Both the position numbers and the translations under genes were made by a program. The notes under the pieces are model-generated. The model did not search any database, was not told where the DNA came from, and worked only from the letters and a program-made list of their open reading frames with translations. Below are positions 38,301-50,600 of a DNA stretch of 64,000 nucleotides, piece by piece (position 1 is the stretch's first letter; each line of letters starts with the position of its first letter). The DNA is from Podarcis tiliguerta (lineage: Eukaryota), in the NCBI GenBank assembly GCA_965153285.1, contig OZ229115.1; one strand, 5' to 3'.

Positions 38301-41300
38301 CTGACCGTTCAGCTCCCAAACCACACACACAGACCATAAGTTAATACACTCTCCACAGTACAATGGTAAAATGCCATCAACAGGTCCTCTGAGCGTGCTC
38401 CTCTGAGGTCTTCAGAAGGGTAGGATAAAATGCAATTTAAAAAGGAACTAACCTCCACTGGCATCTTGTAATGTAAAACCATAAAGCAGATAAGCATCAT
38501 AAAACAGCATTCCAGCAGCAAAGGGAACCAATTCTTTGAATCAGTTACCTCCCAAGACCTGAAGGAAGTGATGCATCTAAATGTGAAATCAGACAACAAG
38601 CAATGTGTGGGGACAACAGTCAAGTCCACGAGCTTGCTTGTGTCTCAAGTTGATTCTTAAGCTTTGCCTGAGCAGATTCACACAACATACTAAGCCACAC
38701 TTTAGCTTAGCAGGACCATGCAAATGTGCAGATTCCTGGAGGGGAAGTCGCATCCGCTTTGCTACTCTCTAGGGCTCCACACTAAGCAAAGCCAAGGTTT
38801 GCCTTCACACAACCTTGAGTCTCCGTTCCAGTGGCCTGCTAAGCCAAACCGGCAGCAAAAAGGATCTGGGAGGAGCAGGTCGGCTCTGGAGCCCAAACAG
38901 GAGCCCACCTGTTTGTGCAATCTCACAAAACCAAGGTTTAGCTTAGCATGCTGTGTGAACCAGGCCACTGGTACAGTGAACCAATGTTAAGAGCCCAGAA
39001 GTTCGAACCCTGTATGGGACAGTTGCATGTGCTGGTTGGACTAGATGAGCCATAGAGTCACTTCCAACTCTACGATTCTGTGTATGCATAGTCCTACTAA
39101 GCCAGTATTTGGCATGTTGTGCGATAACAGTGCCAGAGGCTGCACCAATAGCCTCTGGGAACTGCAGATGTTTGTGGAGAGGCAACAGTCCTGGTTGCAG
39201 ATAATGGGCTGTCATCTCCACACTGTTCTAATACAGCATCTATACCGAACAGGTCCTTAGCAGTTGCTAGCCTTTTGCATTCTTGATTGTAATTCTGTTG
39301 CATGCAGCTGTGTCAGAAATAGAGGGTTGCCAGGTAAAAAAAAAGCCTGTAAAAACATTAGAGCCTGCTAGGTCAGGCCAATGTTCTACCTGTTGTATGG
39401 AGATCTCCACACCAAAGATTCAAAACACATGGCAATCTCCCAAAGGATCCTGGGAACTGTAGTTTGTGAAGGGGGCTATAGCAATTGTAGATCTTGTAAA
39501 GAGCAAACTACAGCTCCCAGGATTCTTTGGGAGATGCCATGTGCTTTGAATCTTTCATGTAGAAATCTCTATACAACAGCCAAGTTACTGTGGCATCATC
39601 TGAAGTAAGCCCTACTTTTTGCCTGGCTGGAATGTGCCCTGGACATCTCCTCCTTGCTGAATAGAGGTGTGTGTGTGTGTAGAACCCTCTTGTGTTTTGC
39701 ATGGGCAGAAAGTATCCTACTGTACAAAGATAGGCGTTGGATCCACTGCTGCTTCTCATTTCGGCTACTGGGTCCTGCCCAGATCCCCACAAGGGAATGT
39801 TACTCACTCCTGCCCTATCACCATATCTCCCCTTGCCTGTGCCCCTGTTGATCTGCACACCCCAACTTTTCTTCCCTCCCTCTCCACTGTCTCCAACTTT
39901 TAACTCTCCAAGGCACATATCTTCCTGTTTTCTCACTTGGCTGCTTTCCCCACCTCTTTTATGATTATTGTTGTTGTTATTGCTGCAAAGTTTCTGCACT
40001 GCAAGGAAGACCTTGTATCTGTTGATCAGGCCAATGTAGGCTTAAGTAATTGCTTAGTACAATCCGTTATTGCAACGAGAGTGCTCCAGGCATAAACTTG
40101 GAAGCAAATTAAAGAGGGACTTAGTTTCCCACTTCATTAACCCCCTCCCCCTTGCTCTTTTTTTTTTATCCCTTTCATCCATCCTGTCTCTGCTAACTGA
40201 TTATTTGACCTTGAGAGACTAGTTGAAGGTTGGCGGAAGAGCTGAATTTTTGAAGCTGTCTGTCATTTCCTCTGACTTCCTACAACTCTCCGCGCCCCTC
40301 TTTACCAAATCCTTCCCTGGTTATATGTGTGGTGTGTGTACTGTGTATACACAACTTTGTGGCCTGATCCACTTGAATGGTCAAGCTTTCACCGGGCTCC
40401 TTGCTCAGCTGTGTCTGAATAAATCCTTTCTGCTTAAGTTCTGATAGCATCAGGCTAAAGGACCATTTAGTTCAGCATCCTGTTCCCACAATGACCACAA
40501 CTGCCATTCAAAGGTAGACAGTGGAGGTACTTTGCCCCTAGAAATTACTCTAGTATTCGGAATGTTCTTCCAGTGTCATTGGCATGAATGTCTTTGAGAT
40601 GTCGCCGTCACCATTTCCGTTTTTATTGCAAGCTAAGTTGGAACCACTGTGAAGTGGATCACATTATTGTTGGCTTCTGCTTGTGGCAAGCAAGTCTACC
40701 CTTTAAAGCAGTTGAGAACAATAAGAGGAAATGCTCTATTAACGCAGCTGCTGAACTGGAAGGCTGTCTAATTCCATCCTCCATGTGGAAAGGGCGTTGA
40801 GAAACACAAGGCAGGATTCCAATAGCTTGCGGGGGCGGGGAGCATCTATTTGGGTGGAATGATTCAACCTTGGAACAACCGACTGCATAGCAACCTTGGC
40901 TTATGTTTACTGGTCAGTAACCAGTGCAAAGGGCATATTTTGGCCTCGTGTGCATCTTTTCCCTTTTTTGGGGTCTGTTTTTAAGGTGATGAATATTGAA
41001 AGTTACTTGATGGGCTCTAATGTTGAGTTAGCAACTGGAAATGTCCTCTAGGGTTATGTACACATTAGTGGCTTAAAATGCAGCAAATCTGTTTTCGCCT
41101 TCTGCGTTTCAAGTCATATTTGCATGGTGCTGTACACATCGTAAGTGGAAGTGGGGATATCATCATCACCCAATATGCACGGCCTATTCAGACACACATG
41201 CCCCGAACTCCTGTTTATGAAGCTGTCATTTGCACATGTGCACTTATGAGCACACGTGTGATTGCTGTCTCAAATGTGCACGTATGTCTTAAGTTCAACG

Positions 41301-41623
41301 TGACTGTGGCCTAAGGTTTCTAGTTGGATTGAAGCGGGTTAGAGAGAGGGGGGGAAACACATCAAAAGCAATAGATCTCCAGTAAGTGAAGGAATGATGT
41401 GGTTTGTGGCTACCATCATGTGTATATGACTTCAAAAACTAGCAGAGGGAGTACGCTGGATGCAAAGTAAGTAGTAATGCACACACAACCCTAGATTGCA
41501 ATTCTCTGCATCCTTAGCTGGGAGTAATCTTCTTTGAACACCACATCTGACATAATAAGCATGGGATTCATCTGCTTGGATGACTTAATTTCTTACAGGC
41601 ACACCACAAACCAGGTTGAGAAG

Positions 41624-41655
<32 letters not shown>

Positions 41656-44600
41656 GAAGAAGAAGAAGACAACGACGACAGTTTGGATAGGAAATTAACA
41701 GCTAACCACTTGTGTTCTGGGTCCTTAAGCACATATAATGAGATTTAGGGCAGAGCTATGTCTTCTTTCTTCTCTTTCTTTGGCGATCACTCGTAGCCGA
41801 GTAAGATTGTCTTCCATAAACACGGTTTTAACAATGAGTCCGTAAGTGACTGTGGAGGCCAATAATGGATCCACGCGTCCTTTCACAGTGGGGACATTGG
41901 TTTCCGAGCGGGAGTTGATCACGGTGTGGATTTGCCAAGCGTGCCTTCCTCCTAGCACGTTTCTCCCTTGCGTCCTGAGTTTGAGTGTCTTCAAAGTCCA
42001 TGACACCTTTGGTAAAGGCTGTTATCATAGCGTTGACAGGCCCAGGTTTTGACTTCCAAAATGTATGCATTTGCTGCAGGAAAAATGCTGCTGTGTAATA
42101 CATGCAGGGACGCAGGTGGCGCTGTGGGTAAAAGCCTCAGCGCCTAGGGCTTGCCGATCGAAAGGTCGGCAGTTCGAATCCCTGCGGCGGGGTGCGCTCC
42201 CATCGTTCGGTCCCAGCGCCTGCCAACCTAGCAGTTCGAAAGCACCTCTAAGTGCAAGTAGATAAATAGGGACCGCTTACTAGCGGGAAGGTAAACGGCG
42301 TTTCCGTGTGCTGCGCTGGCTCGCCAGATGCGGCTTTGTCACGCTGGCCACGTGACCCGGAAGTGTCTCCGGACAGCGCTGGCCCCCGGCCTCTTGAGTG
42401 AGATGGGCGCACAACCCTAGAGTCTGTCAAGACTGGCCCGTACGGGCAGGGGTACCTTTACCTTTACCTTTAATACATGCTATTCCTAAAACATCAGTGC
42501 ATAGAAATGAGGGCAGTGCTATATGCGACTTGGTTGTTGGATTGGGGGCAATGCAACGCCAGCACTTAAGGGTTCAATCCAAACTCGCAGTCGACTTCAT
42601 GTGTGTCGGATAGGGTGAAGTTCTCCCTTCACTCAGCTCAGAACAGCTCCCTGCCTATGGAATGATGCTCCCTGCTCTGCCCACAGGCAGAACTACTGCT
42701 AGTGTACTCTTTATAAAGCCTGGAAATGGAGCATCTGGGCAGAGGGCAGGGGTTGACCCAGCCTGGGAACCACTGGTGACATCATGGCCTTCCTACTTGA
42801 CAGGGGTTTGGATTACCCAATAAGGTTTTTTAAAATAAAAATAAAAAATCGAAAATTAAAATATGAGAGTTCAAGTGGACTTGATTTAGTCATCTTCTTC
42901 TAACCCTCTTCCCCACTGTGCTATTGTAGCAGCTGCCCCCAATGTTTCATTGCCAGAATAATCTGCACTTTATCTAAATTGCTACTTGCCAGACATCACT
43001 CAGTGTTCCTTCCTTGCTGCCTTCAAAGGGAATTTGACTTAACTTCACTGACACACACGTTGATTCAACAACCTCCATGTTTCCAGATGTTGCTTATTTG
43101 TCAAAGGATTTCTTGAATCACATACATTGTGTTTCCATAAAACAGAGCAGATTCTCATCTACATCAGAAACAGCAACTTTGAAGTGTGTGTTCAATTTTT
43201 TTTTTGAAAGCATAATTCTCTGAAAATGTAGCACAAAGCAGATTCTTCCATGACTGATACTATTAGTGAGCAAAGGCATTCAAATGCAACAAGTTTAAAG
43301 TTGCACTCCTTCTCTATGCATGGTTAGTCCCTGTAACTCATTGCCATAGGACATGAGTAGGTAAACAAAGGCCCAATCCGGATCAGGCCCAATCGCCTTC
43401 TAAGTCTGGCCCACGGATGGTCTGGGAATCAGCATGTTTTTACATGAGTAGAATGTGTCCTTTTATTTAAAATGAATCTCTAGGTTATTTGTGGCGCCTG
43501 CCTGGTGTTTTTACATGAGTAGAATGTGCACTTTTATTTAAAATGCATCTCTGGGTTATTTGTGGGGCATAGGAATTCGTTCATCCCCCCCCCCAAAAAA
43601 AATTATAGTCCGGCCCCCCACAAGGTCTGAGGGACAGTGGACCGACCCCCTGCTGAAAAAGTTTGCTGACCCCTGCCATAGGATGTGATGGTTTAAAATT
43701 TGGGTATCTTTTTAATGAGTTATAATGACCTACATCTTCCTACCAGGAGTGCTTTAGTCTACATAAAATTGGAAGTGGATAACTTAGCAGAAGTTTTGTC
43801 CTGCCTGATTAGCATCCTTAAAAATCTGGTCCATTGTCCTTTATCCTGTAGCGGCCTATCGAGTACCTAGAGAAAGCACACAAGCAGGAAATGAAGGCAC
43901 TAACCCTGCTCTTGCTGCTGTTCCCCAGGAGCATGCTGGATTTTGCATATAGTTGTAGCCATTGATTTCCCTATCCTCCAAGGATTTGTCTCATTGACTT
44001 TTAAAGCTATCTGTTGACTGGCTGGTAAGATACTCTCCCAATAGCTAGCAAATAGCTGGAAGGCTCAGCCTGTCTTCCAGGCAGCGATCGCTGTTGGGGA
44101 GCTAGTCTAGCACAGGTGGGGCAGCACTGGTTCTAGGTTCAAAGTCAAGTCCTGGCTCCAGTGAGCAGAGCTGGGCCAGAGTCAAATTCCAGAAAGGCCC
44201 GAGAACACAACTCTGGTTCCAATATAAAAGTCAAATATAAATGGCCGCTATGGGTGAGGTTCCAGAAATGTGCCCAGGCAAAGTCAAGTTTAGGTCTTTG
44301 ATAATCGGAAGGAGCAGCATGGAGAGCTTTGAGCGGTACTGAAAGCTGGGCAAATTGAATTTGGACGTTGTTCTGACGACTAGCAGATTCAAGTGGCTGT
44401 CTCCATCCCCACAATGAATGAGGATTTCACTGTGAATGGGGAACTGCTTACTTTAGGAACCCCTGAGTGTGGAGGTGATGGCAGCCTACTGGTAGCTATG
44501 GTACTGGATTTCAATGATGGGTACTACCTTCTCAGCACAATGTGTGTGTGGGGGAACTGTTTTGTTGTCCCTTCCCACACAGGAGCTACCTTTGTGGCTT

Positions 44601-47600
44601 CTCTCACTTCAATTAAAAGTGGATGATGTGATGTGGTAACTTCTCCCATGGGTCTTTTGTTTGTTTTGTTTGATAGCCATGTTCAAATATATAAAAGGAT
44701 GTCACATAGAGGAGGGAGAAAGGTTGTTTTCTGCTGCTCCAGAGAAGCGGACACGGAGCAATGGATCCAAACTACAAGAAAGAAGATTCCACCTAAACAT
44801 TAGGAAGAACTTCCTGACAGTAAGAGCTGTTCGACAGTGGAATTTGCTGCCAAGGAGTGTGGTGGAGTCTCCTTCTTTGGACGTCTTTAAGCAGAGGCTT
44901 GACAGCCATATGTCAGGAGTGCTCTGATGGTGTTTCCTGCTTGGCAGGGGGTTGGACTCGATGACCCTTGTGGTCTCTTCCAACTCTATGATTCTATGAT
45001 TCTATGATTCTATGTTGGTTTGTTCAGGAATGGTGTGCAGCCAGAGAAACTGCAGAGCGCCGGATAAATCAAACATTTGCAAATTCTTAAGTGTACTGCA
45101 AAAGAGGCAGAAATACAAAAACGCCTTTTGCAGGTGAAGAGAAATTGGAAGACAGTTTTGGCACAGCACAAGATCTATTCAGCACATCTTATTTCAGGTG
45201 TGAGAGTGAGGCACTTCCTTGGGCCTCTTTCGCTGAGGAGGTGGGATTAGGGCCCTGGTTCATGACATCCTTCTTAGTAGAGGCATACCTTTCTTGCCCT
45301 CCCTACCTCAGCTAAGGAAGATATCATCTGGGTCTGTGCCCTTCAAGGGAAGGGAAGCTGGAGTGTTGGTGTGAGACTAAGTCAGAGAACTAGCTGTGAG
45401 CTCTGGAGAACACCTTTTAGGGCAAGCTGATACAGGCACAAGAGACTTCACTCTTTGTAGAAGTAAAGCTTTGTGTCCACATATGCTCAACGTGGTTATG
45501 GCTTGCTTATGTGGTATCTTTGCCTCACGGTGCCCTCTCCTGAAATACCAATTTTGTCACAGTTACCAATGCCTGGCGATGCCTACATTGGATTATGATT
45601 ATTTTAATGTTATTTATTTATTCGAGATATTTCTACACTGCTTAATTATTCCCCCTTCTTAAAAAAAAAAAAACATCAGAAAAGGGGACAATAAGACAAT
45701 AAACAATTATTGTGAAATTAAACAGAATCTTGAAATGCCTGTTGTAATGCATTATACACGGGGCTGCTTGTGAAGAAAGTTCAGAAACAAAATGGGAGAG
45801 GAAGGTTATGAAGTTGGAATTGATCAGATATTGTCAGTATTGAAAGACCTTCTTGGCTCCTGAGTGGTTTCCAGGCACAATGCACTGTACCGTTGTTTTG
45901 TTTTGTTTGCCTGTCAAACCACAAATAGCCTAGGACCCAGATTATCTGAAGCACCACCTGCTCGCAGATGAACCTATCAAAGTGTAGACGTAGTCAGATA
46001 GGTCCTGCTTTTGAGGTCCACCAGCTTCAGGAGTGTGGCTTGTCATTGTTGGTAACTCTTGCAAACACTTTTGCCTGGTGCTCACCCTACTATTCCCAAG
46101 GCACCAGGTGAAACCTGCCCTACTTTCCAAACTTTTTGGCAGGATGGAATGATGACATTGGTAGATGACTTTTCCTGTCAATGCTGAAGCTTTTCCTGCC
46201 TGATTTGGACAACTTCATTTTGTGTTTTCTTGCTGCATTGTCTTAGCTGTGTATGTAAGTTGCAATGGGAAATTATTGATTTGGTATAAATCATTAAATA
46301 ACAAAAAGTTTGGATTTGTGGGTGAGTTTAGGCAGGTTTTATGAAAGCTGAATGCAGTGGGAAATGAATTACAAATGCTTTGAACTAAGTGACCTCAAGA
46401 CATATTGTTTCAAATGAATTAAGGAGGCAAATAGTATACAATCATTCTGGATGATTTAATCGTTCTTGAGTGAGTTTGACTATATATCATTATCTTGTAG
46501 CAATTTTTTGGCCCCCAAAGGAAAGGTGGCTGCAGGAGGTTTTCCTCCTCACGTGACTGTGATTTCCCTCCCCATTGCAGCACTGGCTGCATGGAGGGGT
46601 TCCTCTTTGCCTTTCAGCAATATGAGGGGAATTTAAGATGGGTCACCTGAGCTCTGGGATGGGCTCTGTGACTGCACTGTGCTAAGAATATAAGAGCTTG
46701 CTGGATCAGGCCAATGACTCATCTAGTTCAGCCTCCTGTTCTCATAATAGCCAACCAGAGGTGTGTGGGAAGCAAGATATGAGTGCAACAGCGCTCTGCC
46801 TATCTCCATTTCTGAGCAACTGGTATTCAGAGGCATACTGCTATTAGCCATTATGTGTGTGGTGTACAGACATACCTCGTGTTGCGTTAGGTTCATGTTG
46901 CGTCTTTTCAGCTTACGAAGGCGGCAAACCCGGAAGTGTGTATGGATCGTGTCCGCAACTAGAGGTACCACTGTACAGTGGTACCTCTGATTATGAACTT
47001 AATTCGTTCCAGAGGTCCGTTCTTAACCTGAGGTACCACTTTAGCTAATGGGGCCTCCCGCTGTTGCCATGCTGCCGCCGTGTGATTTCTGTTCTCATCC
47101 TGAGGTACAGTTCTTAACCCAAGGTACTACTTCCGGGTTAGCGGAGTCTGTAACCCGAGGTGTTTGTAACCTGAGTCTGGGATCTCTTCCGGAGCCCTGG
47201 ACGCTCAATGAAAGGGACACTCAACAAATCGCCACTCTGCGCACGCGTGTGGAGTGGTTTGCGCTTCTGTGCATGCGTGAGCGGCAAACCCAGAAGTAAC
47301 CCATTCTGGTACTTCCAGGTTTGCCGCTGACATTCGCTGAAATGGACAGTCGACGGGGCGGACGTTCGCAGAGGTATTACTGTATGTGTGTGCATGCGTG
47401 AAGTTAAGAAGTAACAATGCCCACTGCATGCCTGCAGCCCTGGGGGTTTTGCAAAAGGGGCAATGTGACCCTTGGGCTGAAAAAGTTTACCCAACCATAT
47501 GTCAGGAGTGCTCTGATGGTGTTTCCTGCTTGGCAGGGGGTTGGACTCGATGGCCCTTGTGGTCTCTTCCAACTCTATGATTCTATGATTCTAACCCCTG

Positions 47601-50600
47601 TGGGTTGAGTATGGCAGGGTGCTTTAATGGGTTGTATGTGGCTTAAAGTGAAAGGAGATGAAAATAAATAGCCTTTTTCAAGGTCAAAGGCCTACCGCAT
47701 ATATTCAGCTCCCACTTCAGTTTTATGTGGGCCCTAAGTGCTACCAATTCTTAGTTCTCTCCCATCACCCTGCACCCAAATAGGTACACATAGAGACCAA
47801 TGAAGTGAAGCCCCTCTTGTGCTTATGCCATATTTAAAAGGCTTCCAGGTCAGACTCTCATTTTCCTGGGATTGCAATGATTTTCCTCTTCAAGTTTTGG
47901 AAGCTTTGACTCTCACAGGCTTAAATCAGCTCTGAATCTTTCCCAAGAACCAGAAGCTCTGGTGCTTCCTTTGCATTCTCCGCAGAGTGTTCCCTTCTAG
48001 GTCATGTACAGGACAGTTCAAGGAAGTTTGCATTGTTGCAGCTCCACTCACGTCAAAAGGCTGGGCTCGGTTTCATCCTTCAGTCCACATTATCGCTAAA
48101 CAAAAACAGAAAAATCAGACACTTTGGAATTTTATCTATTTTCTGGATGTCATCTTTGTAGGGAGAATGATGGGGGTTTTTTGTGTGTGTGTGCACGCAG
48201 TAAGCATGAATGCCAAGCAGATATTTTTCAGTCTCTGAACCATTTGCTTTGCTTTCCCCTCCTCATTAGAAATTGTGCTTGCAGAATGAGCCGCTTTCCT
48301 CGGAAAAGTTCCTCGGAGCTGCTGCAGTCAGAATGCAGGCATTCCAGGGCAGATTCCTCCAGCAACTTAGCAATGGATACTTTTTGGCTAGAGGTGGAGA
48401 GCATCAAAGAGAGTACCGAATGTGAGCCGGATGAATGCAACCTTACAGATGCCAAACCCCCAGAAGGTAAAAAGTTTCTGTAGCTCCACTTGAGTTGTGG
48501 GAACAAAGAATAATATGCAAAAGTGCCTGTTTACTGGAGTCATCAGCTGAGTAAGATGCTTAAAGGGGGGGAGGCATATTTTATTATTTACTGTATTTTT
48601 CGCTCTATAAGATGCACCAGACCATAAGATGCACCTAGTTTTTGGAGGAGGAAGAAAAATATTCTGAATCCCGGAAACCAGAACAGCAAGAGGGATTGCT
48701 GCACAGCAATCCGTCTTGCTGTTCTGGCTTCAGCGAAAGCAACGCAAAGCCTCTTCAGGGCAGCAGGAGGAACGCTCTCCCTGCCCTGAGGAGGCTTCGT
48801 GTGGCTATACCAGAAGCCAGAACAGCAAGAGGATTCGCTGCACAGCGAAAGCAGTGATCCCTCTTGCTGTTCTGGCTTCAGCGATAGCTGCGCAGCCTGC
48901 ATTCGCTCCATAAGACGCACACACATTTCCCCTTCCTTTTTAGGAGGGAAAAAGTGTGTCCTGCAGAGCGAAAAATACGGTATTTTTGTGCTGCATTTAT
49001 ATCCCTCCCCTTTCCTCCAAGTTTCATATATGGTTCCCTCCTCTCTCATTTAATTCCCCTGTGAGGTAGGTTAGGCCAAGGTTGCAGGTTCAATCTCCTT
49101 AAAGTACAGCTGCATATTCCTTCATTGCAGGGGTTTGGAATAGGGTCCCTTCCAATTCTGTGACTCTATGAGATCCTTCTTTTTTTGAGGGGCAGAAGAA
49201 GTCCCTGTAGACATGTGACTGGTTCCCAGATGATGAACTGAAATTCTGAAAACCAGTTTCTGGATACCGCAGGAGGGGAGAGTGCTCTTGTGCTTGAATC
49301 CTGTTTGTAGGTTTCTTAGAGGCATCTGTCTGGTCAGCAACTGTGAGAACCGAATGCTAGACAGATGAGCCATTGCATTGATCTTGTGGGCTCTTTTGTG
49401 TTCTGTGTTTTTAGGGGTATGGAGTTTGGGTTCATTGTTGTGAAACTTGGGGCATGGAATTTGTTTTGAAAATAATGCTTAAAAGTACCCTTCATTCCCC
49501 ACTCCCCATTTTTTAAAATAAGATTCTTAAAAACAAACAAACCCGGACATATTAATAATCGGTTGTGTGCACACCTTTCTCCTTCACCAAGAAGAATTGG
49601 GCTCTAAATGGATGCCGAGTTTTGTGGTTAGATCCCCCATACATGTTGCATGTCTGGCTAGACTTAAGGGGAGAGGAAATGAAAACTCCTATGGGGAAAC
49701 AACTACCTCTGCCTTTAAGAGGAACTGAGTAATAATCATTGCTTGCTTGGAATTTCTTGCTTGTGACCAAAGCTTGTCAGAAGAAAACAACTATATAACA
49801 GAAGGTGGTAGGCTGCTTTTCATGTTAATACAGTTGTACCTTGGTTCTTGAACGGAATCCGTTCTGGAAGTCCATTCAACTTCCAAAAACATTCGAAAAC
49901 CAAAGCACGGCTTCTGACTGGCTGCAGGAGCTTCCTGCACTTAATTGGAAGCAGCAGAAGCCGCTTCGGACATTCGGCTTCCAAAAAACGTTAGAAAACC
50001 AGAATACTTACTTCTGCGGCGTTCAGGAGCCAAAACGTTCAAGTCACAAGGTGTTCAAGAACCAAGGTACAACTCTATGTCTCTGTGTGTATATACACAC
50101 CTTAGTTTCACAGTAAATGCTGATGCTACACAAAGCCTAATTGTTTGGACCCACTAGGTGGTGCTACAAATAATCTCTTTTCCAATAGCCTGTTTCTCTG
50201 TGTGTAAGCATCTTAGTTGGCCCTACACAGGGCCTAATTGTTTGGGACCACTGGGGAGTGCTGCAGGTAGTCCATTATCCAGTAGCCTTTTTAAATGTAT
50301 TGGAGGTTTTCCAGAGCAATCATAAATTTGAGCATGGGAGGAAATGTCACGTCCTGCATAGATGAACAGCCGCACGAAGAAAATAGTTGGGGATATTATC
50401 CTCATTTTAAGAGACATTGAATTTTATTCTCAGCAGAAAACCATTGTTTATCCATGGATAAAACGCTAGAACATACAGACAGACAGAACCAAATATATCC
50501 ATAACACATATCCAACACAAAATTGGAGAAACTACAGTCATGGTGAAGGTTTGTTTTTGGCGCAATTGTATTTCCAGATGAGAAAAGGCTTAACCTGTTG

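Noticed and set aside
39508-39999. 163-aa minus-strand ORF
   Set aside because: Spans simple repeats and a palindromic MITE; no domain similarity.
48640-48900. Repeat-spacer-like pattern and repeated peptide KPEQQE
   Set aside because: These are internal hairpin repeats of a MITE in eukaryotic DNA, not a CRISPR array or a gene.
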